This document shows, in pieces, positions 61,596 through 64,000 of a stretch of 64,000 nucleotides of DNA. A program made the position numbers and the translations under genes. Every line of letters starts with the position of its first letter. The first letter of the stretch is position 1. The stretch spans positions 5,232,944 through 5,296,943 of the forward strand of contig OZ316894.1 of assembly GCA_973895155.1 (NCBI GenBank), given 5' to 3'. Source of the DNA: Marsupella aquatica (lineage: Eukaryota; Plantae; Marchantiophyta). The notes beneath the pieces were generated by a model that saw nothing but the letters and a program-made list of their open reading frames with translations, did no database searches and was not told where the DNA came from.

Positions 61596-64000
61596 TGGGT
61601 GGCAAGGACTTAAGAGCTTTGGGGACAATCAATGGGCCGTAGCAACAAGGAACCCACAAATCAAGTTTAGGGAAGGCTACTGATATCGTATACAGGAATC
61701 ACCGTCTTGATATTCAGCGTCTTTCTCATATCATTTAGGAGACTCATCCACTCACTTAAAAGTAGAGCAACTGGTGTACTCAGTTCAGGACTCGGTACTG
61801 AATTGGAAGACGACTATTTGAGGGGTTCAGGACGTATCCGGTAGAAGTTTGTGAACCAAGACTAGAAATAAATTTGACATTTTCATGTCATTGTGAAGTG
61901 GAGCAAAGTATGAATTACATATGCCGAATTCTAATTTCAGGAAAACGGTTCTCAGAAGAATGCCGCACGTATAAATCCGCAATGGTGACGTGGAGGCAAC
62001 GGTCGGAATTGTGCATAGTTAATACGACCACCGACTTGGATCTCTCCTCGATCCATATACATCAGGAGCTCCAGAGGTCTAGAGTGGGACCGACCTGAAT
62101 ACAAACTGAACAGTTTGCTTTGCGTAGAACAAGGGAATGTTGATGTAAATGGTGACAATTTAGTCTAAGATAAAACTGCGCATTGGTCACGCTGGCTAAA
62201 AGAGGAAACTAGGTCGATCCTCCGTCTCTTCTTTCCCCTGGACTGCTGTGACTTCTGCAATTGCACATTCGAGATAATATCCGAACACATTGTTAGTGAT
62301 CTCTGTCTCACAGCATGTGTGGTATGAAGACGACATAATTGTTCGCACTTGCGGGTGGACGACAGGGAATGCACGATGCAGTCGAGGTGGCAGAGAGACA
62401 TTACTCAAAAACAAAAGCGGCGAACGACAATGGAATTTGAGGTGGGAAATGGACGAAGACATCTGTTTTTGAACACTGTCTGCCTCCGTCCAACGAGCCT
62501 TTCTGAGCTCCAGAGATTCGGAGGTGAGGGTGAAGGTTGATCAGGGAACGACTTATTGAGAAGGTTGATCAGTTCATTAGAGATCAAAAATAAGTCACTG
62601 TTTGGTCAGTTTCCTTCGGTACTCAAGGATCAGCCGGGCTGTCAACAGGTGAATAGCGTGATTAACTGAAATCTTCTGTAGATGAGCTTGCAAACCATAG
62701 CTCTTCACGAATTGGGTGTCTAGCAGTCATCCCTATTGAACAGGCCCAAACGAAGTGGGGAACAACATCACGCGAAAATGAACCCAAAACGCACAATTTT
62801 TGTGGCTAACCAAGAGCTAGAAGTATCGTGCAATACCTGATGAACGCGTTTTCTGGTTTCTCAAGCTCACGTAAAAAAATCGACCGTCCCACAGCACAGT
62901 GAAGTTGACCTTGTCGAGGCCGTTCACGTCCCTTCAATATCATCAGTCGTCCGCACTGTAGAACAATTGGAAATCAGAAGGAATCACGAAAAGATAGAAG
63001 CAACTGACGATAATCTGATGCCACACGGTCACCTGGTACACCGGTTCTAATCCTAGAGCCTAGCGAAAGCCTGCAGAACAAGTGTGGACGGCTTGCATTG
63101 TGTGATGTTTGTACGAGAACAATTCCTTGGGATTGTGTGACTTTTGGTGCTTGGACCGATTGACCTGGCTTTAAAGTTTACCCTTCTAATGCTCATCCTA
63201 CCAAGTCAGCACTTGAAGGAATTGTAAACTATGAATTTTCCTAGGGGCCCACCGTCCAGCGAAGCTATGCCGGCCCTACTGAGGAGTCCACCGAGGGACC
63301 ATAGCGACTGTAAACCTGACGTGTTGAGTTTGTTCCCTTTTGCATTAGGTCGCCTGTTTGACTTGAACGAAAGGAAGGTTGCCCCTGCAGCAATCGGTTT
63401 TAGTGGACGAGAGATTTTTTTACATGATGATATAAGTTGAACTTTGTTGAACTGATGGATAATTTACAAGACCAAGCTAACTTGGAAAGTTGGTCAGTCC
63501 GGGTATTTTGCTCTTGCAACTTGAGAGCTTGTTGATATCAAGAATCATCTACAACCTTGTTTTGTAGACGATTAGCAGGTTGCAGTGTGTTCAGATCCGG
63601 CCACATCCATTTGTAGATTAAAATAGATTTCAAATCTTGTGCAATTTTGGCGGACAGCATTTCACACGTAGAATCGAAGGCAGATGCATGATGGATATCG
63701 ATGTAATATTCGGGTAGAGCTCATGAAAACACCTGCCAATTTTAAAGCAATTTGTTCAAAATTAAGGAGGCATATTTGGGTTTTCTTCCGGAACTTCTCC
63801 ATAGGAATACGAACTTAATGGATAGAAATTTGCAGGGCTTCAATCATTCCACAGCTTTGGTCAAGGAAAATTGCTGCTTGGAAATTTTTGCGTGTGGAAA
63901 TACAGTTTCTGAGAAGGGACAAGATTGAATTTCAATATTTCTGTCACCCACAAATTTTGCTGCATACCATCACCAGAATTGAGCCAGAGATATGCAAAAT

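Larger units (their letters stand above)
1099..64000. repeat. Tandem segmental duplication array, at least 4 units, each with an HNL gene plus an F-box remnant and flanks
   Basis: Homologous NLR start codons at 15967, 30212, 43106 and 61595 (spacings 14.2, 12.9 and 18.5 kb). Intergenic blocks recur near-identically, e.g. 7956-10570 vs 53671-56290 and 28014-32610 vs 59397-64000. Both window ends fall inside unit sequence. Confidence 0.95.

Overview
Eukaryotic, spliced plant DNA, most likely from a liverwort (inferred from the gene family). The window lies inside a tandem segmental array of about 13-18 kb units. Each unit carries one minus-strand, five-exon alpha/beta-hydrolase-NB-ARC-LRR immune receptor gene (HNL class) and a co-oriented F-box gene remnant. 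Copy 1 (15967-10325) can be spliced by eye into an intact protein of about 1365 aa. Copies 2-4 each carry 2-4 single-base indels, all in homopolymer runs, so they are either young pseudogenes or assembly errors. The paralogues are sequence mosaics with hypervariable LRR surface residues. The F-box gene is broken differently in every unit. Insertions found by comparing units: a 2 kb fold-back insert, a 345 bp solo LTR, a ~180 bp MITE, a 3.8 kb TG..CA element with a 5 bp target-site duplication (TSD) and a long internal ORF, an LTR end at the window start, and a 3.1 kb unique segment that may hold a captured gene leader. All alignments were done by eye and no database search was run.
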